Counted from the stretch's first letter, positions 43,233-58,785 are shown. The stretch: DNA of 64,000 nt from Eledone cirrhosa (GCA_964016885.1 OZ024742.1:238328001-238392000), one strand, 5' to 3'. Notes: generated by a model from the letters alone, not told the origin. Program-made: numbers and translations.

Positions 43233-43468
43233 TGTCGGAGTATATTTAGAATAAGAAAATACGAAGAAAATGTAAGAAGTTATCTGATGAGACCATGGCA
43301 CTGGTCAGGCGAAATCGTGTGGCCACTGCCATCATTGAAATATGTATCCCAGCCTTATCAATAAAGGGCTTTAACATCTGTAACTACTTCGCATTTTCTT
43401 ATTCTACATATATATATATTTATATATATATAGTTAAAAATTGCAAACTTGACTGTCACCACACATTA

Positions 43469-43507
43469 TGAACCTGAAGATTGCGAAAGCATGAAAGTAC
43501 TTGTTCA
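43469..43507 (+). ncRNA. Minimal type I hammerhead ribozyme, intact core
   Basis: tgaac-CTGAAGA-ttgc gaaa gcat-GAAA gtac TT-gttca. Perfect 5-bp stem I, GNRA-capped stem II, 1-bp stem III with palindromic GTAC loop. Confidence 0.8.
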
Positions 43508-43624
43508 ATTAACACTTAACATTTAATATTCAACCATACTATTTCATTCTAATACCATTATACATTTTAAAGGATTGTAAATAAAACGAGTAAATCAGAC
43601 AAAGTTGGAATTCCTTTTATTAAT

Positions 43625-45432
<1,808 letters not shown>

Positions 45433-45870
45433 GGCTTCTACATGACTAGAACTGTTTCATTCAAAAGAAATCACATCACCAGGAAAGCCGACTGAACAGA
45501 AAGAGGGCTGGATGAGCGTCAATCATGCTCAGTCTGCTCTTGAGGGTCGTTAGCTGCTATATCCGGGACCTGATGCTGGAACAACGTCTTCACGCGTTAT
45601 GGATTTCTATTTTCCAAAGATAATATTTGGTCGTAATGTTTTTGAAATATTTACTTCTGTATCCATGGATTGATATTTCTGAGTTTCAGAAGACCTCGCT
45701 TTTCGGTGAAAGAAGAAAGTGCTTGCGTAAACTTTAATCTGTGCTAATAATAAATATTTGCTCTATGGGTCTATATACATACATATGTATATATATATAT
45801 ATATATACAACCTTTATTGAATCCTCTCTGGATTTTGGTCTTCGTGTTTAATATTTATTATTACTACTGT

Positions 45871-45981
<111 letters not shown>

Positions 45982-46245
45982 GTGTCCTATGCGGTCAGGG
46001 TATGCGTTAAATTTATATTTTGTAGGTACATAGTCTATCGGAAACGGAAGACGCGACCTGTCTATCTAAGGCGATGTTTGATGATGACAGCACGAATTAA
46101 TGAATGAAATGTTGTCACGCTCTTTCGTTCAATCATTCTCTGTCTCTGTAGTGCAACATATCAGGTGGATTTTGCCTCATGGGTTCAAAGAGTCGATCCC
46201 ATTCGTGGTTTTGTGAAATTATTATTTTTTGTCTATGTTTTGTAG

Positions 46246-46422
46246 AATGACTACCTCTCATTAGCTGACCAACTGAGTCAGTATGTTGTCAAATTACTGG
46301 ATAAAGTACGGGGACATGATGAACTGGAGATATTACTGAACAAAAGTGGACAATCCAGTGAAGATGAAACATATGAACTTCTGTCACGCTTGAAAATGGC
46401 AATACAGTTCAACGAGAAAAAG
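46246..46422 (+). CDS. TRPC: TRPC-family channel, internal exon B (helical linker); missed by the ORF track
   Basis: ttttgtAG acceptor, AAG|gtaagg donor, 177 nt, phase 0-0. NDYLSLADQLSQYVVKLLDKVRGHDELEILLN...LSRLKMAIQFNEKK continues directly from ...EKYFK as in TRPC proteins. Confidence 0.93.
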
Positions 46423-47283
46423 GTAAGGTTATATCTATTGGGTCGTCAAGTATAAAATTTGTAGAAATTTGTTTTATTTCCATAACTCTTTACAAATTTC
46501 ATACTTGACAACCTAATAGAAGATCACTGGATGCTCTTGAATGCGTTAGTATTATATTTTTTAACTTTTTTTAGTCATTAGACTGTGGCCATGCTGGAAT
46601 ACTGCCTTGAAGGGATTTAGTCGATCAAATCGACAGCAGTACTTTATGAGCCCTAAACACAGATATAAACAAGGAAATGGACACATACATATATACACCA
46701 GTGTGTATGCGTGTCAACCAGAAAAAAATTAACACTAGAGAAAAGTACGATACAATAATAGTATATGAGTTTAACGTTTGATATAGTTGCAAAAGAGTTT
46801 TAATGTTTCAGAAGCTAGCCTTCATCGGAAGAGAGGGAAAAGGAGAAGAGTCGATGTTTGGGATAAAAAAAGAAAACAGAAAACAGAGGCGAATAAAAAA
46901 GAAAATGGAGAAAATGGTAAAGAATGAAAGTACCTGTTGCTGTTAGTCATCCATCTTGTATTTATACATACAAGGGCGGTACCCCAGCATGGCCTCAGCT
47001 GGGTGGCTGGAACAGGTAAAAGAGTAAAAGGTATACACACACACACACATGTATATATATATGGGAAAGCGATCGATTAATAGCATTACCTAATTTTCTG
47101 ACTGTCGCCAACAGATGGAGTAGTGGAAACTAATTAATTAGTCCGGGAAGAATTAATCTAATTCTCTACCCCCATGAAATCGTTCTTCTCATTATTTAAC
47201 GTATTAGTGTGCACTGTGTTTTCATTTTGGGTTAGTATCCTAGCATCGAGTGCCGGTCATATCTGATGATTTCGTTTCAGTAT

Positions 47284-47328
<45 letters not shown>

Positions 47329-47331
<3 letters not shown>

Positions 47332-48029
47332 AATTAGTATATCTACCAACATATATATACAGATGCATACCTATGCTAGCAAATATATAGGTTTTGTCTT
47401 AGTAACTTTGTGGTTCAATGCAAGGGGATGCAGAACAATAATATGAAAGACGTAAAATAATAAAATTATAAAAATTAACTTACTTACTAAAATTTCACTC
47501 CAACTAATTAGTTTCTGAAAGGGAATAAACATGGTTTCCGAATGGAACAACATGGAGAAATCCTTTCGTCATCAGGGAAGTCTATTCTCAGCTAAGTTCC
47601 CAGGCAATGCGTGGACACAGGGAACTTATACAAAAATAATTCAGTGGATGGAAAACAGCAAAGCGTGGACTAAGTTCCAAGACATTGAAATGTAATAGTA
47701 ATGGTTCGGCTGCTGTCTCTCTGATTAACCACGATGTCACGTGATTGATTCTTTTGAATTTGCCACCGACCAAGTAGGCAGTGATTTTTTTAATGTCTTG
47801 GAACTTAGTCCACGCTTTGCTTTTTTCCATCCACTGAATTATTTTTGTATAAGTTCCCTGTGTCCACGCATTACCTGGGAACTTAGCTGAGAATAGACTT
47901 CCCTGATGACGAAAGGATTTTTCCATGTTGTTCCATTCGGAAACCATGTTTATTCCCTTTCAGAAACTAATTAGTTGGAGTGAAATTTTAGTAAGTAAGT
48001 TAATTTTTATAATTTTCTTATTTTACGTC

Positions 48030-48036
<7 letters not shown>
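47329..48036 (-). mobile_element. TA-embedded element with ~250-bp inverted arms (family also at 31038-31630)
   Basis: 47443-47690 vs 47786-48036. CTGATGA...GAAAC catg motif at 47903-47948. Confidence 0.85.
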
Positions 48037-48091
<55 letters not shown>

Positions 48092-48597
48092 GTTGAGCCG
48101 ATATGTATTTATAGAAAATTAACTTTATTAAACTATTTTTCAGATATACAAATTAAGTTCGTTGAAGCTTCTAACTGTAGGTTATCAATATATATATATA
48201 TAGAGAGAGAGATTTTTTTTTTTGTATATATCTTTATTTTGTTGTATCTATAGTTTGTGCCTTCGGTCAGTTGGTTCTCTTGGTGTCACATTTTATAACT
48301 ACGGTGTTTAACTCTGGACTTAATGTTTATTTTTAACTTACGATCCATTGAATGCTCTGTGATTGCCTCAAAACAAATTGAATTGTACTTGCTGTACTGC
48401 AGCTATGTGTGTATGTGTGTGTGGGGGCGTGTGGGGGGGGGCTGTATTGTGGACTTCTGAAATTTCTATCTACCAAATTTCTCTCACAAAGCTGGGTTTA
48501 ACCTGCGATTATAGTAACAGACACTTGCCCAAGGTTTAACGCAGTGGGACTAAACCTGAAACGACGTGGTTGCACCTTCTCATTATAGCTCTCATTT

Positions 48598-48632
<35 letters not shown>

Positions 48633-50215
48633 TGCAATCTGTTTAAAGCCATACACTGTGTTCAAATGACAACCAATCAGAGGAGTTCATTTTGAGACTC
48701 TAACTCATCTATAATTGCGTTATCATCTATTCATTGATTTTTGTAATGATTCTTTCGCAAACTTTTTCACTCCTTTTTTTTCTTTTTGCCATTAAAAATA
48801 TTCCTCTCTTTCGTAGCTACTCTTGGAACGAAGCCATTTATTTTGTTATTTACCGCAGTGTCTTTAGAGTATAAAATCATTGTCTTAAGATTCTCATGTT
48901 CTTTAAACTATTTCTTTTAATCTTCTATTTTCCATTGTGTATTCATGTTACATACAGGAGAGTTTATAGCTTTCTTATTTTTTATTTTAATCTAAATAGT
49001 GGTACACTACCTTTTTTACTGTAAATAAATATATCCTGACATTAATAACATTTTGGTGGTATATGTGGTGGCGCCATGGTTAGAGTGCTGATCTCATGAT
49101 CATAGAATCGGACTTTGGTTTACTCAACTATCAAAAATGAGTTGTATCTGTAATTCAAGTAGCCAGCTTTGTCACACTGTGTTACGCTGAATCTCACTGT
49201 TAACTCTGTTAAGGGTACACTTTCCGTTGTTCAAACAACTGTAGCACTTGTCGTCGAAGGTGCAACAACAATATAAATATATTGTGGGGGGGGGGGGCGA
49301 CTATGTGTGTGTGTATATATATATGTATCTATTTGTGTGTGTGTGTAAAGTGTTTAGCGAAGAAACCAGGCCAAATTCCATACACACATGCCACTCTCAC
49401 CCACGTACACCTGCTTGTCTACACAGCTAACTACGCTCACGCACACATAGTAGTACTACCATCACTCTCACCCACCAAGTTCGGTTCTGTCGACACCCCA
49501 CCCCCCTCTCACACATTGTTCTGCCATCATCACCCTCTCCACCCTCTCCTCCCACTCTTTCTACTTGACCATTTCCGGTTGCGCACGCCACACTACCATT
49601 TCACTTCCTCATCGCCATTCTCTTCTACTTGAACTTGGAATTTACCTCACGTTGAATCCACTTAGTATACCTTCGGATCTTTATCATCCACACACACACC
49701 AACATCCATTACTTAGACACACACAGACACTTGCACCATTTCCACACACACAACTACGCAATTTACCCGAACTCACATCACTTACAGACATATCACGCAT
49801 CCCGTTCTTTTAACCACACAAATACACACACAAACTTGCACATCTACACATACACCCACACTTCACCCAACACCACCTCCGGATTTGACACAATCTCATC
49901 TCATCCATCCGTCGCCTCCATGCACACACATACACACATACACACATACACCCATACAGGGACTATACACGAACAGACATACACTCCACCCCAACACACA
50001 CACAATAGTTTTTCAAAACCCACATTCACAAGCAGTTGCTTCCTTCCAGACTCTCACACTTACATCCACACACACACACACATACACATCTACACACACA
50101 CACACACCTTACCTTCCACATTCCCCGTTCGGACTCTAATTTTCTTCCTTTTAAGTGAACAAAAGAATTTTGGCCAAAAGAGTTTTGGTATCAATTGGTC
50201 ATGGGTAGCGACAAC

Positions 50216-50356
<141 letters not shown>

Positions 50357-50454
50357 CGTGCGTGTGTTTATATATTTGTATGTATCCTCCATCCTCATGA
50401 TTACTCGGTTGAGGACACAACGATTTTTTTAGCGTTGGTGCCTCAATAAATTGC

Positions 50455-50735
50455 CCTCAGTACATTGTATAAGTGGTAGTGCTGATGGCTCAATAAAATG
50501 CACCCAATATACTTTGTAAGTGGTGGCGCTGGTGCCTCTATCAAATACACACTATACTCTGTTAGTGACAGTGCCAGAGTCACAATGAAATACACCCAAT
50601 CCATTCTGTAAAGTGGTAATATTGATGCCACTATAAAATATATTCCGTACACTCTGTAAAGTGGTAGTGCTGGTGCCGCGGTAAAATGCATGCAGTACGA
50701 TTTGTAATGTAGTAGTGCTTGTTCCAAAATAAAAA
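50455..50735. repeat. Diverged ~50-bp tandem repeat
   Basis: Recurring gtaaagtggtagtgctggtgcc..ataaaat. Confidence 0.6.
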
Positions 50736-50847
50736 CATTTTCACAGCTGGAATATCCTTTTTATAAACCTCTTCGATTGGGACTGACATGGAGGTAAACA
50801 GAGTGTCTTATGCTTCAATATCTTTCTTTTGTTCTTGTATGTTGCAG

Positions 50848-51012
50848 TTCGTTGCACATCCCAGTTGCCAGCAGAAACTTGTTAGTATCTGGTATTCTAA
50901 TTTCCGCACACTAGAAAGGTCCAACTGGATAACACGAATTATGATTATGGCTTTAGTTACTACAACATATCCTATCCTCGCTATAGTCTATTGGTTTGCA
51001 CCTAAATCCAAA
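50848..51012 (+). CDS. TRPC: TRPC-family channel, internal exon C (FVAHP motif, pre-S1 elbow)
   Basis: ttgcAG acceptor, AAA|gtaagt donor, 165 nt, phase 0-0. FVAHPSCQQKLVSIWY...YPILAIVYWFAPKSK. Confidence 0.94.
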
Positions 51013-51198
51013 GTAAGTAGAGTTCTTATATCAAATTCTATATCTTTTAATTTTTCTATTGACATATATCTGTTTCTCTCTTTCACCCCACTATCTGTCG
51101 CTTCTATATCTTTCAATATTTCTATCAGTCTGTCTTTTATTTTTTCTCTCTCTCTCATCTCTTTTATATCTTTCTATCTTTCTATCTCTATCTATCTT

Positions 51199-51274
<76 letters not shown>

Positions 51275-51364
51275 CTCTCTCCTCTCTCCTCTCTCTCTCT
51301 CTATATATATGTGTCTCCTCTCTCTCTTTCTTTCTTTCTCTCTCCCTAAATATATACATCTTTT

Positions 51365-51562
51365 GACCCTCTAGAGTCACGGGTGTATCGCAGGGTGGAA
51401 TAGTGTACCTCCATTCCACCCTCCTTTCATCTCTGCCATGAGCTACGACTTGGTTTGTCACGAAGTATTTCTCAATCCAATTCTAGATGCTGTCCGTCTA
51501 TTTTTTGTTCTTTTGACTTTGCCTTCTTTTTCCCTGAAATGTTCATTGGAAGATGGTCTTTG
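51365..51562 (-). mobile_element. RTE-like LINE 3' fragment (degenerate)
   Basis: Minus-strand translation KTIFQ*TFQGKRRQ...TDSI*NW resembles the RTE C-terminal 'ILQG..GKRRRGRQ..W.D.I..W'. Confidence 0.55.
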
Positions 51563-51739
51563 TAATTTAAAGGACCCGACTTGTCACTCACTGTGCCATA
51601 CTGAATATCCCTGAGAACTAGACTAACGATCTACATGTCTGTGGAATACTATTCTAACTCACTTGCACTATAATACAAGATGATCTGTACCAGTAATTCA
51701 AAATGTTTGAACATGTATACTCGGGCATCACTCCCCTCA

Positions 51740-51788
<49 letters not shown>

Positions 51789-51984
51789 TGTAATAAACAA
51801 CATAAGGCAATTATTCCATTTACCAGTGGTTTCTTAAAAGCAAAATATTTTGCTTTCAATCATCAGAATGAAAAAATCCTGGTGTATTTATTGACAATTG
51901 GATTCTAAAAACAAAAATGCAATCTATATGAAAGTGAGGCTGGAGAAGGAAGAAGGAAAGGAAAAATAAAATAAAAACACACAT

Positions 51985-52019
<35 letters not shown>

Positions 52020-52028
52020 TATATACAT

Positions 52029-52105
<77 letters not shown>

Positions 52106-52374
52106 CACACATACATACACACACATATACACACATACACGCACATATATATGTGTATATATATATATATACATACACATACATATACACATACATACAC
52201 ACATAAATATCAACATATCCATACATACACATACATATATACAACCACACACATGTATATACATATATATATAGAAATAGAAATATATATATATATATAT
52301 ATATATGCATACACATACACATACATAGCCATACACACATACATATACATACATAATATATAATATAATGAAAT

Positions 52375-52853
52375 TATTGTGTAAAGTGCTCAGGTGCACT
52401 ACAACTCATCAATATAGTACATAGAATAATACACAAATGTTAGGGAAGTACATGTGTGTATGTGTTAGCTGTAGTGTTGGTGGATCTCGGGAAGCATGGA
52501 AGCCTTAAAGGATGCAGTGTCTCGACAGCTAACAACTGATGCAGGTAGTTTGTTCCATGCTTCAGCAACTCTGAGCGTGAAAAAATGTTTCCGAAAGTCA
52601 TGGGAACTGTGCTGTTTTCTTACTTTGTGGGCATGTCCACGTGTGTTAGACACATGGAAATCGAAAAGGTACTCAGGGTTGTTGTTGGCAACATGGTTAA
52701 CAATTTTGTGGGTGTTTACCAAGTCAGTTGCCAGGCATCGGAGCTTCAATGAATCCATGCCCAGGGAAGCAAGGCGCTCAGAGTATGGTAGATGCCTGAT
52801 GGAGGGTATTCGCTTGGTTGCACGTCTCTGAACAGTTTCCAGGCGGTCAATGT
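52375..52853 (-). mobile_element. CR1-like LINE 3' fragment
   Basis: DIDRLETVQRRATKRIP..LPYSERLASLG...TRGH..K...RKHFFTLRV..WNKLP. Confidence 0.9.
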
Positions 52854-53039
52854 CACACACACACAATCATACGTATATACACACGTACATGCATACACAT
52901 ACATACACACATATATACATGCATACATATGCATGCACAAAAATAGAAAAATATACACACACCTCTACATACTCACACACGCAAATAAATATAAGAAAAA
53001 ATATATAGAATAATAAAAGACATAAAAAAGAAAATAAAG

Positions 53040-54082
53040 ACTATTATAAAGTTGACAGCGATACAGGCAACAAATAAATGAACAAACACACGTGGTAAGC
53101 AATACACACAAATGCCAGGTTTTTAGAGAAGTAATTTAGTTGGTTGGTTGGTGAATAAGTATAATAAATTTCGCGCCAGTTCGCGTTACACAGTTCTTCA
53201 AACATAGGGGGGGTTGTATTTTCATATATGAGTGAACTTTGGTTGGTCGATGCAGTCACGTGGTTGATGCACATCAGCTTTCGCGCCAGTTTGTGTTTGA
53301 ATTTCTTTTTACTTAAAAGAAGGTGGCTCACGAAGGCTTTTTTTTATATAAATGTAATTTTATTGGTTATAAATGAAATTATGACTGTCACGTGAACAAG
53401 TACATTAAATTTCAATTTCGCGCCCGTATTTTGGAATTTTTTTATAGCCATTTAGAGAATGTTGTGCCAAACAAAAGATAATTGTTTCTACTTTTGGCAC
53501 AAGGCCAGCAGTTACCCAGTGTATTACTGGTACTTTATTTTATCGACCACGTAAGGATGAAAGGCACACACTAGCACACAAATAAACATACATATCTCTA
53601 CTTTCTTTATTTCATTAGAAAGTCTGAATTCTGACACCCAGCGCACCAGCCATATTCACTGAACCAGAACAATTCTCCCCATCCCATTTTTCTTGACCAT
53701 TATCTTTTGTTTGGCACAAAATTCTCTAAAAGGCTACAAAATAAATTCCCAAATACGGGCTCGAAATTTAATGTACTTGTTTACGTGACAGAAATAATTT
53801 CATTTATAACCAATCAAATTACATTTCAGCTCATCAGTCATACTCAGAACAATTCTCTCCGTCCCTTTTTTTTACCATTATCTTTTGTTTGGCACAAAAT
53901 TCTCTCAATGGCTATAAAAAATTCCTTTTGAAAAGCAGAACTGTGAAACCGGTAAAGGAACCAAATAAATATATATTTTTTAAAAAAAGACTTCAGTTGC
54001 ATTTTCGATTTCATCTTTTTTCCTTATACTTTCACTCGTGTAGGACACCTCGGTTATTTTTCATTTTGTAAAAAAAACCTCA

Positions 54083-54087
<5 letters not shown>
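53040..54087 (+). mobile_element. Larger inverted hammerhead-like element family (also 31652-32515), SINE inserted at 53478-53565
   Basis: 53566-53830 matches 32110-32370. 53100-53480 is its inverse. 53930-54027 is the reverse complement of 31650-31745. Confidence 0.75.
53922..53960 (+). ncRNA. Hammerhead-like motif with variant TTGAAAA core
   Basis: ttcctt-TTGAAAA-gcag aa ctgt-GAAAC cg GTA-aaggaa. 6-bp stem I and palindromic ACCGGT. Confidence 0.58.
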
Positions 54088-54123
<36 letters not shown>

Positions 54124-54131
<8 letters not shown>

Positions 54132-55060
54132 GTTTACATATATATGTGTTTTGCAACGGGTCACGTTGTGGCTCAATGAAGAATTAATAAATTAAATAAT
54201 CAGAGCTATATATCATAAAACATGCCTATAGAATCACCAGATAAAATATATACCGTTTCCTCTCCCAATTAGCATAATTAACCATATCAAAAATCAATTA
54301 GACCAAGCTATAAGAATAAAGGCTCCTATGAAGAAATATCCGACAAATAACCGAAAGCAGCGCCTTCGCGGCGGTTACGACGGAGTATTTATCGAATATT
54401 TCGACAGCATGTATAAATCGACCAGATATACAGTCAACTAAACAGAATTAGGTGTAAAATAATCTAGAAGAAATGCGTACATATTTAATTATCTCTACCA
54501 TGGTTTCGTACGCATTTTAAGACATCCGATAACATGGGATATCTAGAGCTTCGGATTCTTCAGGAGTTAGCTCAAATTTAGACAATTAATTTTCCAAAGT
54601 GATCGCTCCAAGAATACATTCAAAAATGGCTAAGAATCGTGACGTGGCAGCGGTCAAGTTAGAAAGGATGTGATTAGTTGTTTACGGCTGGTAGGCTTTT
54701 TGCTAGAAAGCGCAGCCCAATACAGCCAAATTGTATCTCAACCTAACGGGAGATTATTACATATAAAGGTTTACATATATATATATATAAAGTCATAGAT
54801 ATATATGCGTTTTTCCATGTCACGATTCTTAGCCATTTTTACACCTAATTCTGTTTAGTTGACTGTATATCTGGTCGATTTATACATGTTGTCGAAATAT
54901 TCGATAAATACTCCGTCGTAACCACCGCGAAGGGGCTGCTTTCGGTTATTTGTCGGAGATTTCTTCATAGGAGCCTATTGATTTTTATATGGTTAATTAT
55001 GCTAATTGGGAGAGGAAACGGTATATATTTTATCTGGTGATTCTATAGACATGTTTTATG

Positions 55061-55066
<6 letters not shown>
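54124..55066 (-). mobile_element. TA-embedded hammerhead element with a deleted inverted copy
   Basis: 54207-54645 is mirrored at 54816-55066 with two internal deletions. Confidence 0.85.
54493..54566 (-). ncRNA. Type I hammerhead ribozyme with long stem II
   Basis: ctc-CTGAAGA-(agatatcc/ggatgtct hairpin)-GAAAC catg GTA-gag. Palindromic stem III ACCATGGT. Confidence 0.7.
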
Positions 55067-55091
<25 letters not shown>

Positions 55092-55990
55092 GGAGAGAGA
55101 GGGGATACACAAGACAATAAAGCAAACAGTTAAAAGACTAAACCAAAGAAAATAAAACGTGAAAAAAGAAAACTAGCTGATAAAATAAATGCCAAAAGAT
55201 ATGAACAATGTATGCAGAGTGGACATAACTACTCCGAATAGAAAGAGAAGAAAGGATCTGACGTCGTTTCAGGTGAAGCCCTTTATCAACGTAGAGCAAA
55301 AAAAGAAAATAATAAGAAATAAGAAAGAGATGTGTGCAGTGAGAAGATCAGGAAGACCACAAAGCATAGTAGTACTCGATACATGAGGAAATACTGAGTA
55401 GGTATATTAATGAGGTAAAGGCCCAATCGTGAGCTCTGGGGTTTCAGGTTGGTGATATTACAAGCTGAAACTACAGAAGTTACAGGTCACAGTCAGACAT
55501 TTACCTCATTAATATATATATATATATATATAGTGGTAGAATACTGGAAGGTAATATCCGTAGTGGTAGAGCACTCAGTCCATGGGACGAGTTAGGTAGA
55601 AGTGGTTACACAACAGTTAGTTCACCATACCGAGAACAATTGTTTCACCTTAGCGGATCCTCAACTCGTAATGATTACGAGCTGAGGATCCGCTAAGGTG
55701 AACTAACTGTTGTGTAACCACTTCTAAATATATATATATATAAGGAATGTAACGTCCAGTTACTATAGGTTCACTGGAGTGAACACTTGATGCGCAGTTT
55801 CCAGTAAGTATAGAGGTGTAGAACAAAAGCAGAGAGTAATAATAATAAAAAGGACGATTTGTTATGTCTTCATTGTGTTTATTGAGTAGTGACGCGCGTT
55901 TCGCTATTGATAAGCTCAATGTTCGACCTGTATCGATTTAGTCCGACTCTGGAATCAAAAGCTCGTCGAACCTCTGTTGTGGTAATGACA

Positions 55991-56050
<60 letters not shown>

Positions 56051-56052
<2 letters not shown>

Positions 56053-56525
56053 TAGCAGTGGTACCCGGCGTTGCACGGGATAAGTTATTGTGAAATATAT
56101 AACCGCCTTAGCTAAGCTTAGTATTGCCACAACCACGGCTGGGAAAGAAATGAGGGTCAGGTGGTACGTACGTAAGCAGCACTGTGGCTTAAAACGTGAG
56201 GAAGAAGTCGTGTGCACTTTACCAACTATTTGGAGAATGAGTGTGAGATTTGACTTGTGCAAGGGTGGCAAAATAACCGGATGCAGCAGACAGCAAGACA
56301 TACAGACAGATATTATAAGGGCGCGACGTTATATGAATGTATCTTTCTAAAAAGAGAAAGACTACGAATTATAGAGAGAGATCGCTAAATCGCCTAATGC
56401 GGTCCCTAGGGCACTGAAAATTTGAAATGGCTTTTGCTTAGAACACTCCCTGAAACATAAGTATTATATGTGTAAAGTTTGAAAACAGTCGGTTGGGTGG
56501 TTCTCGAGTTTTAGGGATTCAAACT

Positions 56526-56557
<32 letters not shown>

Positions 56558-56584
56558 GACATCCTCAGTTTTATATATATAGAT
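56051..56584 (+). mobile_element. Non-autonomous Helitron-like element (Lep1/HINE-like architecture)
   Basis: 5' ACTAGCAG..CCCGGCGTTGCACGGG hairpin, internal aaagtttgaaaacagtcggtt, (CA)n/(CAGA)n tract and 3' ttttatatatatagat. Inserted in a TA run. Confidence 0.65.
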
Positions 56585-56961
56585 ATATATAGATATTTCT
56601 TTTCTTTCACATTGCCTTATTATGCTCCACATTACGCACCCTTTTTTTCTTTTTTCTTTTCACTTCATAAACCTTGTTTGTAAATAACATTATTCTTTCT
56701 ACACCATTTCTTTAACATGTCCAACACCACCATTCTACAGCAATACATATTATTATCATTTGATAATGCATAAAAATGCTGAAACCAGTAATAGACAATT
56801 ATTGAATATATAAATAGATAAATAAATGCCATTGTTAATAAATAAATCAACTAATAGTAAAATATTTCGTTTTAATCATTTTCTAACCTAGAAAAAAATC
56901 GAAAAAATAAAAAAGGAAAAAAAAATATTTTTCTTCCTAATAATCGTCTTTTTCTCCCTGT

Positions 56962-57017
<56 letters not shown>

Positions 57018-57019
<2 letters not shown>

Positions 57020-57410
57020 AGGAAGTAATAGTTCACTTGAAGCATTGTGTAATGAGGTATAAACGTTTGTAGTTGTAAGGCCAAAACAATGCGGGTATGG
57101 ATATAGAATATAAATGCAAATGCAAAAGATATTGTTGACAATTAGTCTTTTACCTTAAATTTATTTAAATATCCTTAATTTTCGAGATAATATCTCTTCT
57201 TCGGAGACATTTCCTGTCAGCATGACTTGGCAAGCTATTTAGAACGCTGGATTAACCACTTTACTTCCCTCCGAAGAAGAGATATTATCTCGAAAATTAA
57301 GGATATTTAAATAAATTTAAGGTAAAAGACTAATTGTCAACAATATCTTTTGCATTTGCATTTATATTCTATATCCATACCTGCATTGTTTTGGCCTTAC
57401 AACTAGAAAC

Positions 57411-57417
<7 letters not shown>
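57018..57417 (-). mobile_element. TA-embedded hammerhead element, ~150-bp inverted arms
   Basis: 57058-57206 vs 57269-57417, nearly identical, with (TA)n on both sides. Confidence 0.88.
57173..57302. ncRNA. Pair of mirrored hammerhead motifs with CCGAAGA core (57173-57206 minus, 57268-57302 plus)
   Basis: cct-CCGAAGA-a gagata t tatctc-GAAA at TA-agg. Confidence 0.6.
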
Positions 57418-57479
<62 letters not shown>

Positions 57480-57660
57480 TAAACGGAAAAGAAAATGCTG
57501 ACAAATTGTTCGCAGTGAAAAATAGTTTAATTAGGAATAAGTGAGAATTAGTAATAGCATTGGTTAGTATTCAGTTTTGGTTTTAAGTTTTACCGGTTGC
57601 GCATTTCTAATGCTTTTCAAAAATAATTTTGAGATAGAGCGTCCGTGATGTTTGCTCTAA

Positions 57661-57699
<39 letters not shown>

Positions 57700-57880
57700 G
57701 GAGAGAGAGAGAGAGAGAATATAAATATATATATATTATATATATATATAGAGAGAGAGAGAGGGGGGAAGAAAGATGGAAAGAAAGAGAACATATGAGA
57801 AAGGGGGGAGTCATTGAATTTGTGGATGTCCTAAAAACTTAACCCCTAATTTAATGTATTTTTTCTGTATATTTTAACAG

Positions 57881-58139
57881 TTACAGAAGATCCTACGCTG
57901 TCCATGTATTAAGTTCATTGGCCACACCATGATGTTTGTTGTGTTCCTCATAATGATCATAATTTCCACATTCACTGAACACCCTGATGAAAAGAAATCC
58001 TTACTATATAAAATACCCCACGCGAATCGTAGCTATCAACATTACAGAAATCTTACCTCGTCGCTTTACCCCAAAGACTTTGTGATCCGAACCTATGAAC
58101 CGGAAATCATACATGTTTTAATTTCGATATGGATTGTTG
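57881..58139 (+). CDS. TRPC: TRPC-family channel, internal exon D (pre-S1, S1, start of S2)
   Basis: tttaacAG acceptor, G|gtaagt donor, 259 nt, phase 0-1. LQKILRCPCIKFIGHTMMFVVFLIMII...EIIHVLISIWIVG matches the TRPC 'PFMKFI.H...FL' and 'E.....WV.G' motifs. Confidence 0.92.
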
Positions 58140-58159
58140 GTAAGTTTCATTATGTTTCC

Positions 58160-58349
58160 AGTGGATTGGCAGTATCGGTAGAGGGTCGGACGCCATGCTT
58201 TGACACATAGAGTTACGGCCCTTGTCATTCTGAGTTCAAATCCCGCTGAGGTTAACTTTTGCCTTTCATCCTTACGGGGTCGATAAAATAAAGTACCAGT
58301 AATGCACTGGTTAATTGCTGGCCTTGTGCCGAAAGTAGAGACAATTATT
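58160..58349 (+). mobile_element. SINE ~20 nt downstream of the exon D donor
   Basis: Consensus match, with tttccagt on both sides. Confidence 0.92.
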
Positions 58350-58669
58350 TTTCCAGTTGACTTTGGTGGCACGGTAAACTAAAGCCGTTTTACTTCACTT
58401 AAATCTAATGAACTTGAAAAGTGTATTCCTTCACTCTTTTACTGGTTTCAGTCGTCAGACTGCAGTCATGCTGGGGCAGCGCATTGAAGGGATTCAGTTA
58501 ATTGCATCGACCCCAGGATCCCAATACAGTTTTCAAATCTGGTACTTATTTTATCGATCTGTTTACATCAACTCATTCAATAAACAAACACAGACACACA
58601 CATACACACTCGAACTCGTGCGCACATACAGACACATAGACACAGACACATACATATATATATACATAT

Positions 58670-58785
<116 letters not shown>

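Noticed and set aside
55887-55921. Complete hammerhead on the minus strand
   Set aside because: Only the 3' half (gct..agc GAAAC gcgc GTC) is good. The 5' core and stem I are missing, so it is counted only as a remnant.
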